In this document: in pieces, positions 49,515 to 60,545 of the stretch
How the letters are laid out: every line of letters starts with the position of its first letter
Position numbering within the stretch: position 1 is the first letter of the stretch
Assembly (NCBI GenBank): GCA_963724295.1
Contig: CAVRUC010000013.1
Location: forward strand, 160,001 to 224,000
Reading direction: 5' to 3'
Origin: an uncultured Chloroflexia bacterium
Lineage (GTDB): Bacteria > Chloroflexota > Chloroflexia > Thermomicrobiales > UBA6265
Length of the DNA: 64,000 nucleotides
The notes under the pieces: generated by a model
Told to the model about the DNA's origin: nothing
Database searches by the model: none
What the model saw: the letters and a program-made list of their open reading frames with translations, nothing else
Made by a program: the position numbers and the translations under genes

Positions 49515-50160
49515 GACGCTCCATGTTGCGATCGTCGACGACCATCCATTGTTTCGGGAAGGTGTGGCCCACACCCTGGCCGCTCAGCCGGACATCGAGA
49601 TCGTCGGCGAGGGGGAATCGGCGGCTGATGCCATCCGCATCGCCGCCGAACGAATACCGGATGTCATGTTGCTCGATGTGTCGATGCCCGGTGGCGGGCT
49701 CAGCGCGGTGAGGGAGATTGCGGCTGCCTTCCCCGTGATCAAGCTGGTGATGCTGACGGTCTCAGAGGATGAGGACGACGTGACCACCGCGCTTCGCGCG
49801 GGCGCCCGAGGCTACGTGCTGAAAGGCGTTGCCGCCCGGGAGCTCGTCCGCATCATGCGAGCGGTAGCATCCGGTGAGGTCTATGTCACGCCATCCCTCG
49901 CGGCGAGCCTCCTGTTCGAGCTGAGTGGCGGAAAAACCGGCGCGCAGACCACCAGTCCACTTGACGATCTTACCGAGCGGGAGCGTCAGATCCTGGAGCG
50001 GGTCGCCGCCGGCGATAGCAACAAAGAGATCGGCACGCAGTTGCATCTGACCGAGAAGACGGTCAAGCACCATATGACGAACATCTTGCAAAAGCTCCAG
50101 GTGCGCAACCGCGTTGAGGCTGCGCTGATGGCACGCGCCCGCGAGCGGTCGGAACGTTGA
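49507..50160 (+). CDS. NarL/LuxR-family response regulator
   Basis: VDDHPLFREG, LLDVSMP, GYVLK, LTERERQIL...SNKEI...TVKHH. Confidence 0.95.
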   Translation: MPETLHVAIVDDHPLFREGVAHTLAAQPDIEIVGEGESAADAIRIAAERIPDVMLLDVSMPGGGLSAVREIAAAFPVIKLVMLTVSEDEDDVTTALRAGARGYVLKGVAARELVRIMRAVASGEVYVTPSLAASLLFELSGGKTGAQTTSPLDDLTERERQILERVAAGDSNKEIGTQLHLTEKTVKHHMTNILQKLQVRNRVEAALMARARERSER

Positions 50161-50412
50161 CGCTCCCTGATGGCCGCTTTGAGCGTTGGTTTCCACGTTC
50201 AAGTGTCCGGATCGGCAAGCCGAACGAGTCTTTCACTCGCGGCATCGGGATCATGGCTACGCCTCGACTCTAATCGGCTTCGCAATGATTTGCATGAGAT
50301 GAGTGCTTTCCAGATAGAGGCTCTCGAGATATGCACATATGTTAGGAAGTAGGACACCCCCGCCGCCCTCGACAGTCACGATCGGGGCATCCATCCCGCT
50401 ATCCCGCTTCGT

Positions 50413-51237
50413 TCACCCAAACAGCCGCAGGCCAGGTACGTCGACTCGGGTTTGGTAGAGCGACGCCGTCTCGACGTCGGTGATGACGAGCGTCCGCCGG
50501 TCGGCCCCCCCGAACGCCACATTGGTGACCTTGGCGCCAGGGACGGGGATTTCCTCGATCATCTCGCCGGATGGAGCAAAGACCGCGACTTTACCTCCAC
50601 CGTAGTGAGCGACGTAAAGATTGCCGGCTTCATCGAACGCCATGCCGTCCGGACCTTCCCCGCCGGGGAGGAAGGCAAAATCTTCACGTCCGCCTATGAC
50701 GCCAGCCGACTCGATCGGGTAGCGCAGGATGCGGTTGTGATAGGTCTCTGCCAAATAGACGGCGGTGCCGTCGGCATTGATCGCGACGCCATTGGGGAAG
50801 GCCAGGCCGTGGTCGATGCGCTCCAGACGACCATCCGGGAAGAGGCGGTAGAACCCACCGATCGGATTTTCGGCCGATGACCTCCAGGGATCCGAGAAGT
50901 AAAGGACGCCGTTGCTATCGAACACCAGATCGTTGGCGCCGTTGAGCGGCTGCCCTTCGAATTCATTGACGAGGATCGTCCCCCGGCCATTGGCGACACG
51001 AAGCACGCCATGGATCTCGTCCCCCTCATCCGCGACGTAGAGGGTGCCGTCGCGATGAAAGGCCAGCCCAGCCGGGATTCCGCCGGTGTTGTAGTACTCG
51101 GAGGCATCACCCTCCGGGGTCAAGCGAACGATCGCGCTGCTCAACCAGTTCACAAAATAGAGGTTGCCGTCCTGGTCGAACGCCGGCCCCTCGGGCGAGT
51201 CGTAGCCAGAGATCAACACAGTGACCGGCGGCGTCAT
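50413..51237 (-). CDS. SMP-30/gluconolactonase/LRE family
   Basis: PEGP, NGANDL, FPNGVAI, GPDGMAFDEAGNLYVA, TNVAFGG. Confidence 0.92.
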   Translation of the reverse strand: MTPPVTVLISGYDSPEGPAFDQDGNLYFVNWLSSAIVRLTPEGDASEYYNTGGIPAGLAFHRDGTLYVADEGDEIHGVLRVANGRGTILVNEFEGQPLNGANDLVFDSNGVLYFSDPWRSSAENPIGGFYRLFPDGRLERIDHGLAFPNGVAINADGTAVYLAETYHNRILRYPIESAGVIGGREDFAFLPGGEGPDGMAFDEAGNLYVAHYGGGKVAVFAPSGEMIEEIPVPGAKVTNVAFGGADRRTLVITDVETASLYQTRVDVPGLRLFG

Positions 51238-51280
51238 CGCTCACTATTCTCCTCGTTGATCGGTCCATTCACAGGCGAAG

Positions 51281-53707
51281 CTATGCGGTCCCATGTGCTC
51301 GGGCTACTCGCTCTTGATTCTCGCTGAGAGCGTCGGCAATTGCCTCGTCCGAGGACATCGCCTGCCCCTTCGCCCAGGCGGCGGCGAATTCCTCACGCCC
51401 GAGCACAGCGGTAGCCTCCGCAATGTAGCGAGCATTGAATTCACGGTCGTTCGGCGGCAGCGATGCATTGAATTGCTCTCGTAGCGCCGCGGCTGCCCCG
51501 AAGAGCCTCGCCGCGCGCTCCGACGCACCGGTCGCGGCCGCGATGAGGGCAAAGTGCTCGATGCCGCGCGCGAGCCACGGTTTATTGGTCAGTTGGCGCC
51601 CGAGCGTCAGCGCCTCGCGCTGAAGCGCTAGCGCTCGCTCGTAGTCACCTTGGACAAAGGCCACCAGGCCCAGGTTACCGAGAGTCATGGCGATACTGTT
51701 CTGGTCCTCCAATGCTCGGACCAGCGCCAACGACTCTTCGTACAGCTTCGTGGCCCGCTCATGGTGGCCTTGGAAGTAGGCGATCAGCCCAAGGTTGTGC
51801 AGCATGTAGGCGATATAGGTTCGATCATCCAGGTGACGGAAGAGCGTCAGTGCTTCCTCGTACGAGGCAATGGCGCGCTCATAGTCACCCTGAGCATCCG
51901 CCACGAGCCCGAGATTGCCATACGAATAGGCGATGCCGGTTGTATCTCCCAGCTCGCGGAAGAGTGACAGTGACTCCCGCCAGAGTGCTTCCGCTCGGTC
52001 GTATTCGCCCTGAAAGAACGCCATCACCCCAGCCCCAAGGAGCGCATGACCCCGCGCGGAAGAACGAACGCCAGGGGCCAGGGCCAGAGCCGTCTCCAGC
52101 CAGCGGCGTCCCTCTTCGTAATACCCCTGGGTCGCCCAGAAGCGATAGAGCGCTCCGCCGAGACCGAGCGCCGCTTCAGAGTCATTCTCCGAAACCGCCC
52201 AGGCCAGAGCGGCCCGTAAGTTGTCGTGTTCAGTCTGCAAGCATGTGAACCAATGTTGCTGGGCTCTTCCCGTCAGTTCCGGCTCCGCCCTTCGAGCCAG
52301 GTCGAGACACCAGGCCAGGTGCCACTCTCGAACTGTGGCCTCCTCGTCGGCCAGCGCCAGGCGCTCCAAACCGTACTCTCGGACCGTCTCCAGCATGCCA
52401 TACCGGAGTTCACCACCATCGCCGGGGAATGGTCGCAATAGGCTTGTGTCGACGAGTCCGGCCAGCAGATCTGGCAGCAACGGGCCATTGGCCGAGCCGA
52501 GGACGGAGTGCGCCTGACCAATCTGGGAACCGGCTCCGGAAACCGCCTCGGCCGCATCCAGCGTGCAGCCACCGGTGAAGACCGCTAGCCGGCGGAAGAG
52601 CGTCTGCTCCGCTGAGGTCAGGAGGTCATGACTCCAGTCGAGCGTGGCGCGCAGAGCCTGCTGTCGCTCTGGAAGGTCCTGGAACCCGCGCGTCAGGAGG
52701 GGAAGACGGCGCTCCAGATGAGCAAGCAAAGCGACAGGAGACAGCACGTTGGCTCGCGTCGCGGCGAGCTCGATAGCTAGCGGCAGGCCGTCGAGTCTAA
52801 CCGTGATCTCGGCGACTGTCCGTGCGTTGTCGGTCGATAGTGAAAACTCTCGATTCGCTGCTCGAGCACGGCGGACAAAGAGCTCGACGGCCGGCACCTC
52901 GATGAGGTCGCCGGGTGGCAAGGCCTTCCCCAAGTCGGGGAGAGTCAGCGGACCCACTGGGAACTGATGCTCCGCCCGGACATGGAGCGGCTTCCGGCTC
53001 GTGGCGAGGATCGTCAGCTCCCGACACGCGGCAAGGAGGTCAGCGATCACCGGCGCGGCAACCACCACGTGCTCGAAGTTGTCGAGAATCAGCAAGATCC
53101 TCTTGCCCTGCATGAAATCAACGACCGTCTGCCGTAGCGGAATCTCGGGGTCGGCTTGCAGCTTGACTGCCCGGGCGATCGCGGCCAGGACCAGCTCAGC
53201 AGCGCGCACCGGCGCAAGGTCGACGAAGGCAGCACCATCCGGCATCGACTCGACCGCTCGCAACCCGATCTCAAGGGCCAATCGCGTCTTGCCGACGCCG
53301 CCGGGGCCGGTCAGCGTCAGTAAAGCCACGTCCGGGACGAGAAGTAGCGCTAGTGCCGCCGCCAGTTCCTGCCGACGACCGACGATCGGGGTCGGCGGAC
53401 GCGGCAGGGAGAACAGCGGCGCCGATACGACGGCACCGTGCGGCGCAACTGGCCGGCCTCGAGCAAGAGCGACGAAGGTATCGCGCTCAGAGCCTCTCAG
53501 ACGAAGGCCGTCGGCCAGCAGCTGGACCGTATCGCGGCGTGGGCGATGAATCGTGCCGCGCTCCAGGTCGCTGATCAAGCGAGCACTGACACCGGCGCGT
53601 TCGGCCAACTCCTCCTGGGTCAAGTCACCGGCGAGTCGCAGCCGCTTGAGTTGGTGACCGAAGGCCAGGAGGACGGTCTGCCGTCCCGCCTCCTCACTGG
53701 TGCTCAT
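51281..53707 (-). CDS. XRE-HTH, STAND ATPase and TPR regulator
   Basis: [53 protein letters not shown] repeats. Confidence 0.92.
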   Translation of the reverse strand: MSTSEEAGRQTVLLAFGHQLKRLRLAGDLTQEELAERAGVSARLISDLERGTIHRPRRDTVQLLADGLRLRGSERDTFVALARGRPVAPHGAVVSAPLFSLPRPPTPIVGRRQELAAALALLLVPDVALLTLTGPGGVGKTRLALEIGLRAVESMPDGAAFVDLAPVRAAELVLAAIARAVKLQADPEIPLRQTVVDFMQGKRILLILDNFEHVVVAAPVIADLLAACRELTILATSRKPLHVRAEHQFPVGPLTLPDLGKALPPGDLIEVPAVELFVRRARAANREFSLSTDNARTVAEITVRLDGLPLAIELAATRANVLSPVALLAHLERRLPLLTRGFQDLPERQQALRATLDWSHDLLTSAEQTLFRRLAVFTGGCTLDAAEAVSGAGSQIGQAHSVLGSANGPLLPDLLAGLVDTSLLRPFPGDGGELRYGMLETVREYGLERLALADEEATVREWHLAWCLDLARRAEPELTGRAQQHWFTCLQTEHDNLRAALAWAVSENDSEAALGLGGALYRFWATQGYYEEGRRWLETALALAPGVRSSARGHALLGAGVMAFFQGEYDRAEALWRESLSLFRELGDTTGIAYSYGNLGLVADAQGDYERAIASYEEALTLFRHLDDRTYIAYMLHNLGLIAYFQGHHERATKLYEESLALVRALEDQNSIAMTLGNLGLVAFVQGDYERALALQREALTLGRQLTNKPWLARGIEHFALIAAATGASERAARLFGAAAALREQFNASLPPNDREFNARYIAEATAVLGREEFAAAWAKGQAMSSDEAIADALSENQERVARAHGTA

Positions 53708-53953
53708 GACGGAAGTCTCTACGTTCTAGCAATCCCTGATTAATGCAATTCGATCGTATCACGCCATCTCTGCCGGAGCGCCACAAGCTGTGAGCAGTCT
53801 TGCGAGTGATTTTCATGGTGGTTGCGGGTTCTTGCGGGCAGTCTGGGATCGCAGCCGGCCGCTCGTTGGGGCGATCGGGAACTGCCGGCAATGGGCCGCG
53901 GAGATGCGGATCGCGGCGGATTCGCCTTCCTGTTAGCAAAGGAGAGGAGCGAA

Positions 53954-54217
53954 ATGGTCCCAGGCATGTCCGAACGCGAACGGCTCGCGGCCGATATGCA
54001 GAGACTCGAATGGTTGGCTGACGCCATGCTCGGGCCAGGGCGGCCTTCTCGACCGCGTGGGCCCGCGGTCCCGTCAGGAACTCGCAGAACCGTTCCCCTT
54101 GGTTTGTGCCGCCGTGGTTTTGCGATAGCGCAAGATCTGAATCGGCGCATCTGCACGATCCGGCCGAGAACGGGGTGGTCACTTCCTGGCGAGGTGCCCG
54201 ACCAAGAGATCGCCTGA
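53954..54217 (+). CDS. Small hypothetical protein
   Basis: GGAGAGGAG RBS; MVPGMSERERLAADMQRLEWLADA helix; divergent from the STAND regulator. Confidence 0.45.
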   Translation: MVPGMSERERLAADMQRLEWLADAMLGPGRPSRPRGPAVPSGTRRTVPLGLCRRGFAIAQDLNRRICTIRPRTGWSLPGEVPDQEIA

Positions 54218-54420
54218 GCCTGCCGGATGAATACCTGGAGGAAGCATCTTCCCGCTGGTCCTCCCGTACGCAATGGAAAGGCAGGAAATTCTTCAACTAC
54301 CCCTTGGGAGATCCCTTTCACTCTGGTTCTCACCGAGGACCGCGCCATGTATTCCAATGCCGCGTCCTCCCGGTCCTACTCACGACGTCAGACTCGGTAG
54401 TCGCAAGGAGAACGCTTTTC

Positions 54421-55644
54421 ATGAACGAACGACACTTTGATGCCCTTGCACGGGCGATGGCCGCACCGCGGCCACGACGCTCCGTCATCGCCGGCATCGT
54501 CGCCGCAATGCTGACCGGAAGCAGGCGACTCGCTGCGGCGGCCTGCAAGGAAGTTGGGCAAAACTGCGATAGAAACCGCGACTGCTGCGACCACGCCGAG
54601 TGCAACAACAAGACGTGCGCGTGCAAGATCGGCTTCGATGACTGCAGCGGACGGTGCAGGAACCTCAGCACCGACGAGCAGTACTGCGGCGATTGCACGA
54701 CTGCCTGTGCTGTTGGTGAGTCCTGCTGCAGTGGCGCCTGCTTCGATACGCTGACCGACGACACCCATTGTGGATCGTGTACCACCGTCTGCGCCGCCGA
54801 GGCAACCTGCTGCGCCGGCGCGTGCGTCGAGCTTGCCAGCAACGATGGTCACTGCGGATCCTGCGGCAATGCCTGTGCCGATGACGAGTCCTGCTGCGCC
54901 AGCATCTGCGTCAATACGCAAAGCGATAACGACAACTGCGGAGCGTGTGGTGTCGACTGCGCCGGAGAAACCTGCTGCCGTGGGGAGTGCACCGATCTCC
55001 AGCGCGACGGGGGCAACTGCGGCAGCTGTGGAATACGATGCGATTTCGGCTGGATTTGTCAGGACGCCGAATGCGTTCGGGACGTGGAACTTCGGTGCAT
55101 GGGCACCGGAACCGACTGCGATGGCGAGTGCGTTGATCTTGAGAGTAACCGGCTTCACTGCGGGGCATGCGGCCATAGCTGCGAGCAGGGCACCCGCTGC
55201 TGTGGCGGTGAGTGCGTCAGCGTCAAGAGCAACCGGACCCATTGCGGCGCCTGCGGCAACGTCTGCCCTGGACTTGAGAGCTGCTGCAACGGCATGTGCA
55301 CGTACCTGGACCACGTCGACCACTGCGGCGGCTGTGGTCTGGAGTGCCCTTCTGGCGCAGATCGGTGCCTCGGAGGCATGTGCTGCTATCCCGGGGAGGA
55401 GCATCCTCGCTCCCCGGACTGTGGCGAGGTTGGGTGCTGTCACACGTCCCCGGTGCCTAACTGCAACAACTGCCCGACAGGGTCTCGCTGCTGCGATGCG
55501 GTATGCACTGAGATTCAGAGCAACCGAGCCAACTGTGGCGCCTGTGATCGCGCCTGCGACGACAACGCTATCTGCCTCAATGGACGATGCGTCTCATGTC
55601 CTCCGGGTCGAGTCGTCTGCGGCAACGCGTGCTGCCTTCCTTAA
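54421..55644 (+). CDS. Secreted Cys-rich repeat protein (Stig1-like repeats)
   Basis: AAGGAG RBS; leader MNERHFDALARAMAAPRPRRSVIAG; repeated CxGxC..L.SD..HCG.CG..C..GE.CC. Confidence 0.85.
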   Translation: MNERHFDALARAMAAPRPRRSVIAGIVAAMLTGSRRLAAAACKEVGQNCDRNRDCCDHAECNNKTCACKIGFDDCSGRCRNLSTDEQYCGDCTTACAVGESCCSGACFDTLTDDTHCGSCTTVCAAEATCCAGACVELASNDGHCGSCGNACADDESCCASICVNTQSDNDNCGACGVDCAGETCCRGECTDLQRDGGNCGSCGIRCDFGWICQDAECVRDVELRCMGTGTDCDGECVDLESNRLHCGACGHSCEQGTRCCGGECVSVKSNRTHCGACGNVCPGLESCCNGMCTYLDHVDHCGGCGLECPSGADRCLGGMCCYPGEEHPRSPDCGEVGCCHTSPVPNCNNCPTGSRCCDAVCTEIQSNRANCGACDRACDDNAICLNGRCVSCPPGRVVCGNACCLP

Positions 55645-55890
55645 GAAAAGAGGACGCCATTACCTCTGCCGCGGCGCGCCGCGGCAGAGGCCAGGTGCTG
55701 GGTGCGCAAGTGAGGCGCAGGAGGGGAAGGCGCATCGCACCGGCACCCTGTTGACGGATTTTGACGATCGGTCTAGGCTGGCCACCTCACCAGGGCACTG
55801 TGGCCTTGGCAGCGCCGGATGTGTCCGGCGCACGGGGCACAGGCTACCCGGCCGTGATGGCCGAGCCACTCAGTGGCGAGGAGGAAATCC

Positions 55891-57291
55891 GTGAGCGATC
55901 CCCGTGTTGATTCTCTCGTTGATGAAGCGATGCGCCTTCGTCTCTCGCGGCGCAGCATCATGCGGCGCGGCGCCGCGCTTGGACTCTCGACGGCCGCGGT
56001 CGCGGGCGTGCTGGCATCGGCAGGTCGCGTAAGCGCCGCCCCGCGCGCGGCTGCGCTCCTCCAGGATCGCCAGTTGAACGTGCTGCAGGCGAGCTACTTC
56101 GTTCCCGAAGGACAGGAGTTCTTTAATCAAGTCGCGGAAGAGTGGGGTAGCCAGAACGGCGTCGCCATAACCGCCGATTACATTGCCTGGCCGGACCTGC
56201 AGCCGCGCATCGCGGCCGCCGTCGAGGGAGGTTCTGGCGCTGATATCATCGAGATGTGGGAAATCTGGCCCTACCTCTATTCCGAGAACATGGTGCCGGT
56301 CGACGACCTGGCGATGGCAGTCAGCGAGGAGTACGGCGGCTTCTACGATTGGGTGGTGGATACCGCTTCGGTCGACGGCAAGTGGTACAGCGTCCCGCAT
56401 GGCAACTCCAGCTCCGCGTTTGCCTATCGCATCAGTCTGGTCGAGGAAGCCGGCATCGAAGATCCCAAGAACAACTTCCCCAAGACGTACGAAGAGCTCT
56501 TTGCGCTCGGCAAGACGCTGAAGGAAATGGGCAAGCCGTTCGGGCAGGCGCTCGGCCACAGCCAGGGCGACCCGCCGTCGTTTGCCTACCCCTTCATGTG
56601 GGCCCACGGCGCGATGGAGGTCGAGGAAGACGGCACCACGGTTGCCATCAACAAGCCGGAGTTCGTCGAGGCACTCCAGGCGTTCACTCAACACTGGAAG
56701 GACGCCTATGACGAGACCGGGCTGTCCTGGGATGACGGTGCCAACAATCGCGCTTTCCTCTCCGATCAGATCTCCGGCACGCTGAACGGCAGCAGTATCT
56801 ATATCGCTGCGGTCAACGCGAAGGCAGGCGAGTCGACGCTCGACTATGAGGTGCAGGTCGAACCCGATGACATCTGGCACTCGGGATTCCCGGAAGGACC
56901 GGCCGGGCGGTTTGCTGCCCTCGGCAGCCGATCCTTCGGCGCCATGAGCTACTCACCGAACGCGGAAGTGGCCGTGGAGTTCCTGCAGCACTTTTTCACG
57001 CCGGAGGTCTTCATCCCCTGGTTGGAGGCACAGGATGGCTACATCATCCCGATGGCGCCAGGCTATGCCGATCTGGAGATCTACACCGGCAACCCGACCC
57101 TTGCCCCCTACCCAGCGCTGGCGGAATACGGTCGTCCTAGGGGATACGCCGGCCCGTCGAATCAGAAGGCCGCCGAGGTCGCTGCGCGCTACATCATCGT
57201 CGATACGATCGCCCAGGCGATCCAGTCCGGTGACGCGGCGGGCGCCGTGCAGCAAGCCGAGGCCCAGTTGCAGCGCATTTACGGAAGCTAA
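55891..57291 (+). CDS. Sugar ABC transporter substrate-binding protein with Tat signal
   Basis: LSRRSIMRRGAALG; DGKWYSVP, WDDGANNRAF; adjacent permeases. Confidence 0.88.
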   Translation: MSDPRVDSLVDEAMRLRLSRRSIMRRGAALGLSTAAVAGVLASAGRVSAAPRAAALLQDRQLNVLQASYFVPEGQEFFNQVAEEWGSQNGVAITADYIAWPDLQPRIAAAVEGGSGADIIEMWEIWPYLYSENMVPVDDLAMAVSEEYGGFYDWVVDTASVDGKWYSVPHGNSSSAFAYRISLVEEAGIEDPKNNFPKTYEELFALGKTLKEMGKPFGQALGHSQGDPPSFAYPFMWAHGAMEVEEDGTTVAINKPEFVEALQAFTQHWKDAYDETGLSWDDGANNRAFLSDQISGTLNGSSIYIAAVNAKAGESTLDYEVQVEPDDIWHSGFPEGPAGRFAALGSRSFGAMSYSPNAEVAVEFLQHFFTPEVFIPWLEAQDGYIIPMAPGYADLEIYTGNPTLAPYPALAEYGRPRGYAGPSNQKAAEVAARYIIVDTIAQAIQSGDAAGAVQQAEAQLQRIYGS

Positions 57292-57400
57292 CCGCACCTC
57301 GCCACAGCGCTTGGCTGCCTCGAAGACGGGGCAGCCAAGCGCCGGCCCATGCGTTCTCCGTCGCGCACCCGGGTGAATTGACTTTGCCCCGGAGCAGCCC

Positions 57401-58337
57401 ATGAGCGTCATCACCGCCGAATCCAGAGCCGAGGCAGAGGTCGTCCAGCAGCCTCGAGGCAAGGCGCGCTTCTGGGAGCGAGAAGCGCCTCTCGCCTACA
57501 TCTTCATGATCCCGGGTCTGGTCCTTCTGCTCCTGTTCATGGCCTACCCGTTTTTCCTCGGCATCTATCTCTCCATGACCGACAAAATGGTCGGATTCGC
57601 CGATTTCAACTTTGTCTGGTTTGAGAATTTTCAGCTCCTGCTCAGGGACCAGATCTTTCACCGCACCGTCGCCAACACACTGATCTACAGCTTCATTACC
57701 GTGCCGTTCAAGCTGTTTCTCGGGCTTGGTCTAGCCTTGGTGCTGAACCAGACGTTTCACTTCAGCAGATTCATCCGCGCCGGTCTGCTGCTGCCGTTCA
57801 TCGTCCCCACGGCTATCAGCAGCCTGGCCTGGTTGATGCTCTTCGACAGCGTCCTCAGTCCCATCTCCTGGGTCCTCAAGAGCTGGGGCATGATTCAAAC
57901 GAACATCAATTTCCTCGGCGACCGCTGGAATGCCATCGCCTCCGTCTGCGTTGCCAACATCTGGCGCGGACTCCCCTTCTTCGCCATCTCCATTCTCGCC
58001 GGGTTGCAGGCGGTTTCGCCGGAGCTTGCACGAGGCCGCGGCACTGGATGGCGCCAATGCCTTTCAGCGGTTCCGATCGGTGACCCTGCCGACGATCCGC
58101 ACCATCCTTCTGATCACTACCCTCTTCTCCATCATCTTCACGTTCTCCGATTTTCAGCTCATCTACGTCCTGACGAAGGGTGGTCCGGCAAGCTCCACCC
58201 ACATCTTCGGCACCTATGCCTATCAGATGATGAGCTTTTCCGCCCTGGGGCAGGCGGCGGCGGTTGCGCTTTCCATGTTCCCCTTCCTGGCGCTTTTCGC
58301 CGCGATTCTGCTGCGCTACATCCGCGCGGATGATTAG
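57401..58337 (+). CDS. Sugar ABC permease, frameshift near 58030
   Basis: LLPFIVP, W.GLPF..ILAGLQ in one frame; LHEAAALDGA (EAA motif) and TKGGP in the next. Confidence 0.9.
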
Positions 58338-58345
58338 AGGCTGAT

Positions 58346-59191
58346 ATGGTTGGCAGTAACGTCCTCAGCCAACGGCTCCTCAAACTCTGGATCCCGCTCT
58401 CGCTCTATGCCGTTTTTCTGCTCTTCCCCTTCGCCTGGATGCTGATCGTCTCGATCAAACCGGATCAGTTACTACTCGACACGCGCCTCAACCCGTTCGC
58501 CATCATCAACCCGACGCTGGAGAACTACCGCTATCTGTTGCAGGAGACCGAGTTCCCCCGCTGGATCTGGAACACGCTCGTAGTGACCGTTGGGGCCACG
58601 GCACTGTCGCTCTTCTGCAGCATCCTCATCGGCTACGCATTGGGGCGGTTTCGCTTCCGGGGCGGGAACACGATGGGGATCGCGATCTTTATGCTCTATC
58701 TCGTACCCCCGACGCTCCTCTTCATTCCGCTATCGAGAATCGTCTCCGACTTCGGGCTCTACAACAGCTACTGGGCATTGATCCTGGTCTACCCCACCTT
58801 TCTTATCCCATTCGCGTCCTGGTTGCTGATGGGGTATTTCCGCACCATCTCGCGCGAGCTAGAGGACGCGGCACTCGTCGACGGGGCGACCCGCTTGCAG
58901 GCGATGACGCGCATCGTGCTGCCGCTGGCGATCCCGGGCGTGCTCTCGGCCGGCATCTTCTGCTTCACGCTGGCCTGGAACGAGTTTCTCTATGCCCTCG
59001 TCTTCATGGGCTCAGGCGACATGAAAACGGTGCCGGTCGGTGTGGTCAGCGACCTGATCAGGGCGGACCTCTACTTCTGGGGCTCGCTCATGGCCGCGGG
59101 GCTTCTCGGGTCCGTCCCAGTTGCCGTCGCCTACGCCTTCCTCGTCGACCACTACGTCTCCGGTCTCACGGCGGGCGCGACAAAGGGCTAA
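58346..59191 (+). CDS. Sugar ABC permease
   Basis: LEDAALVDGA, AWNEFLYA, GLTAGATKG. Confidence 0.93.
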   Translation: MVGSNVLSQRLLKLWIPLSLYAVFLLFPFAWMLIVSIKPDQLLLDTRLNPFAIINPTLENYRYLLQETEFPRWIWNTLVVTVGATALSLFCSILIGYALGRFRFRGGNTMGIAIFMLYLVPPTLLFIPLSRIVSDFGLYNSYWALILVYPTFLIPFASWLLMGYFRTISRELEDAALVDGATRLQAMTRIVLPLAIPGVLSAGIFCFTLAWNEFLYALVFMGSGDMKTVPVGVVSDLIRADLYFWGSLMAAGLLGSVPVAVAYAFLVDHYVSGLTAGATKG

Positions 59192-59435
59192 GGCGCTCAC
59201 GCGTAACCCAAGCCTCCTCGGAACTGGATCAAACACTTGCGCTGAACCTGCCAGGGTCGCGGGCGGGAATCGGCACTCCAGCTCTGGCATTTTGCGGAGT
59301 AGCACGATCGCCTCGATCATGCAGCCGAGGGCGGCTTCGCTATCGACGCAGGCGCAGGAGCCGTCACCGCGTCCGCTATGCTTCAGCAATTGAGGCCGGA
59401 CCGACGCTTGGGTGCGCAGACCGCGAGGAATCACG

Positions 59436-60512
59436 ATGATTGCCGAGACGATGACTGTTGTGCGGACGCACGGACCGCGCGACTACCGCGTTGAAGAGAT
59501 CCCTGTTCCCTCTCCGGGACCGGGCGAAGTCCTCATCGAAGTCGATGCTTGTGGAATCTGCGCATCCGACATGAAGTGCTGGCTGGGGGGCGAGCTCTTC
59601 TGGGGCAGTGACGGCAAAAGCGGTTATTGCGAGCCACCTGCCGTCGCCGGTCACGAGTTCGCCGGTCACGTCGTGGCGCTGGGCGAAGGCGCGGCTGAAC
59701 GGCACAGCGTCCAGCTCGGTGATCGGGTGATCGCCGAGCAGATCATCCCCTGCGGCGAGTGCCGGTTTTGCCAGAACGGGAAGTACTGGATGTGCCAGGT
59801 GCATCCGATCTTTGGCTTCAAGAGCTTCCTCATCGGCGGCATGGCGAAATACTCCCTGTACCCCGCCAGGTCGATCGTGCACAAGGTGCCCGAATCACTC
59901 TCGGCCGGGGAGGCCGCGTACGTCGAGCCGGCGGCCTGCGCCTGGCATGCGGTCGAGCGGGGAGAGATCGCCAAGGGGGACACCGTCGTCATTGCCGGTG
60001 TCGGCAACATCGGACTCTGCATGCTCCAGATCGCCAAACTGTTCGAGCCGGGTCAGTTGATCGCCCTCGACGCCAAGGATTACCGACTCGATATCGCCAG
60101 CCAGATGGGCGCCGACGCGAGCATCAATGTCACCCAGGAGGACGCCGTGCAGCGGGTGAAGGATCTCACCGACGGCTACGGTTGTGATGTCTTCATCGAG
60201 GCGACCGGCAATCCGGCCGCGGTACCGCTCGGCCTACAGATGATCCGCAAGCTGGGCACCTTCGTCGAGTTCAGCGTCTTCAATGAGCCCGTGACGGTCA
60301 ACTGGACCATCATTGGCGATACCAAAGAGCTGAACATCCACGGCAGCCACCTCGGGCCATACTGCTACCCGAAGACGATCGCCGCGATTGCCGACGGCCG
60401 GCTCGACGTCAAACCGCTCATCGCGGAGGCGTACCCATTGACCTCGTTCCATGAGGCGATGGAGTCCTCACTCTCCGGCGGCGTGCTCAAGAACATCCTC
60501 GTCCCGGTCTGA
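59436..60512 (+). CDS. Zn-dependent polyol dehydrogenase (erythritol/L-threitol dehydrogenase-like)
   Basis: CGICASDMKC..G..FWG, GHEF, EQIIPCGECRFC...YWMC, WTIIGDTKELNIHGSHL. Confidence 0.85.
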   Translation: MIAETMTVVRTHGPRDYRVEEIPVPSPGPGEVLIEVDACGICASDMKCWLGGELFWGSDGKSGYCEPPAVAGHEFAGHVVALGEGAAERHSVQLGDRVIAEQIIPCGECRFCQNGKYWMCQVHPIFGFKSFLIGGMAKYSLYPARSIVHKVPESLSAGEAAYVEPAACAWHAVERGEIAKGDTVVIAGVGNIGLCMLQIAKLFEPGQLIALDAKDYRLDIASQMGADASINVTQEDAVQRVKDLTDGYGCDVFIEATGNPAAVPLGLQMIRKLGTFVEFSVFNEPVTVNWTIIGDTKELNIHGSHLGPYCYPKTIAAIADGRLDVKPLIAEAYPLTSFHEAMESSLSGGVLKNILVPV

Positions 60513-60545
60513 TCGGCGAGCTGGGCCGGAGCGCCGGGGAATGGT

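Noticed and set aside
54770..56880. Ala/Thr-rich alternative-frame ORF and the 336-aa minus-strand ORF
   Set aside because: Alternative frames of the Cys-rich gene and the binding-protein gene.
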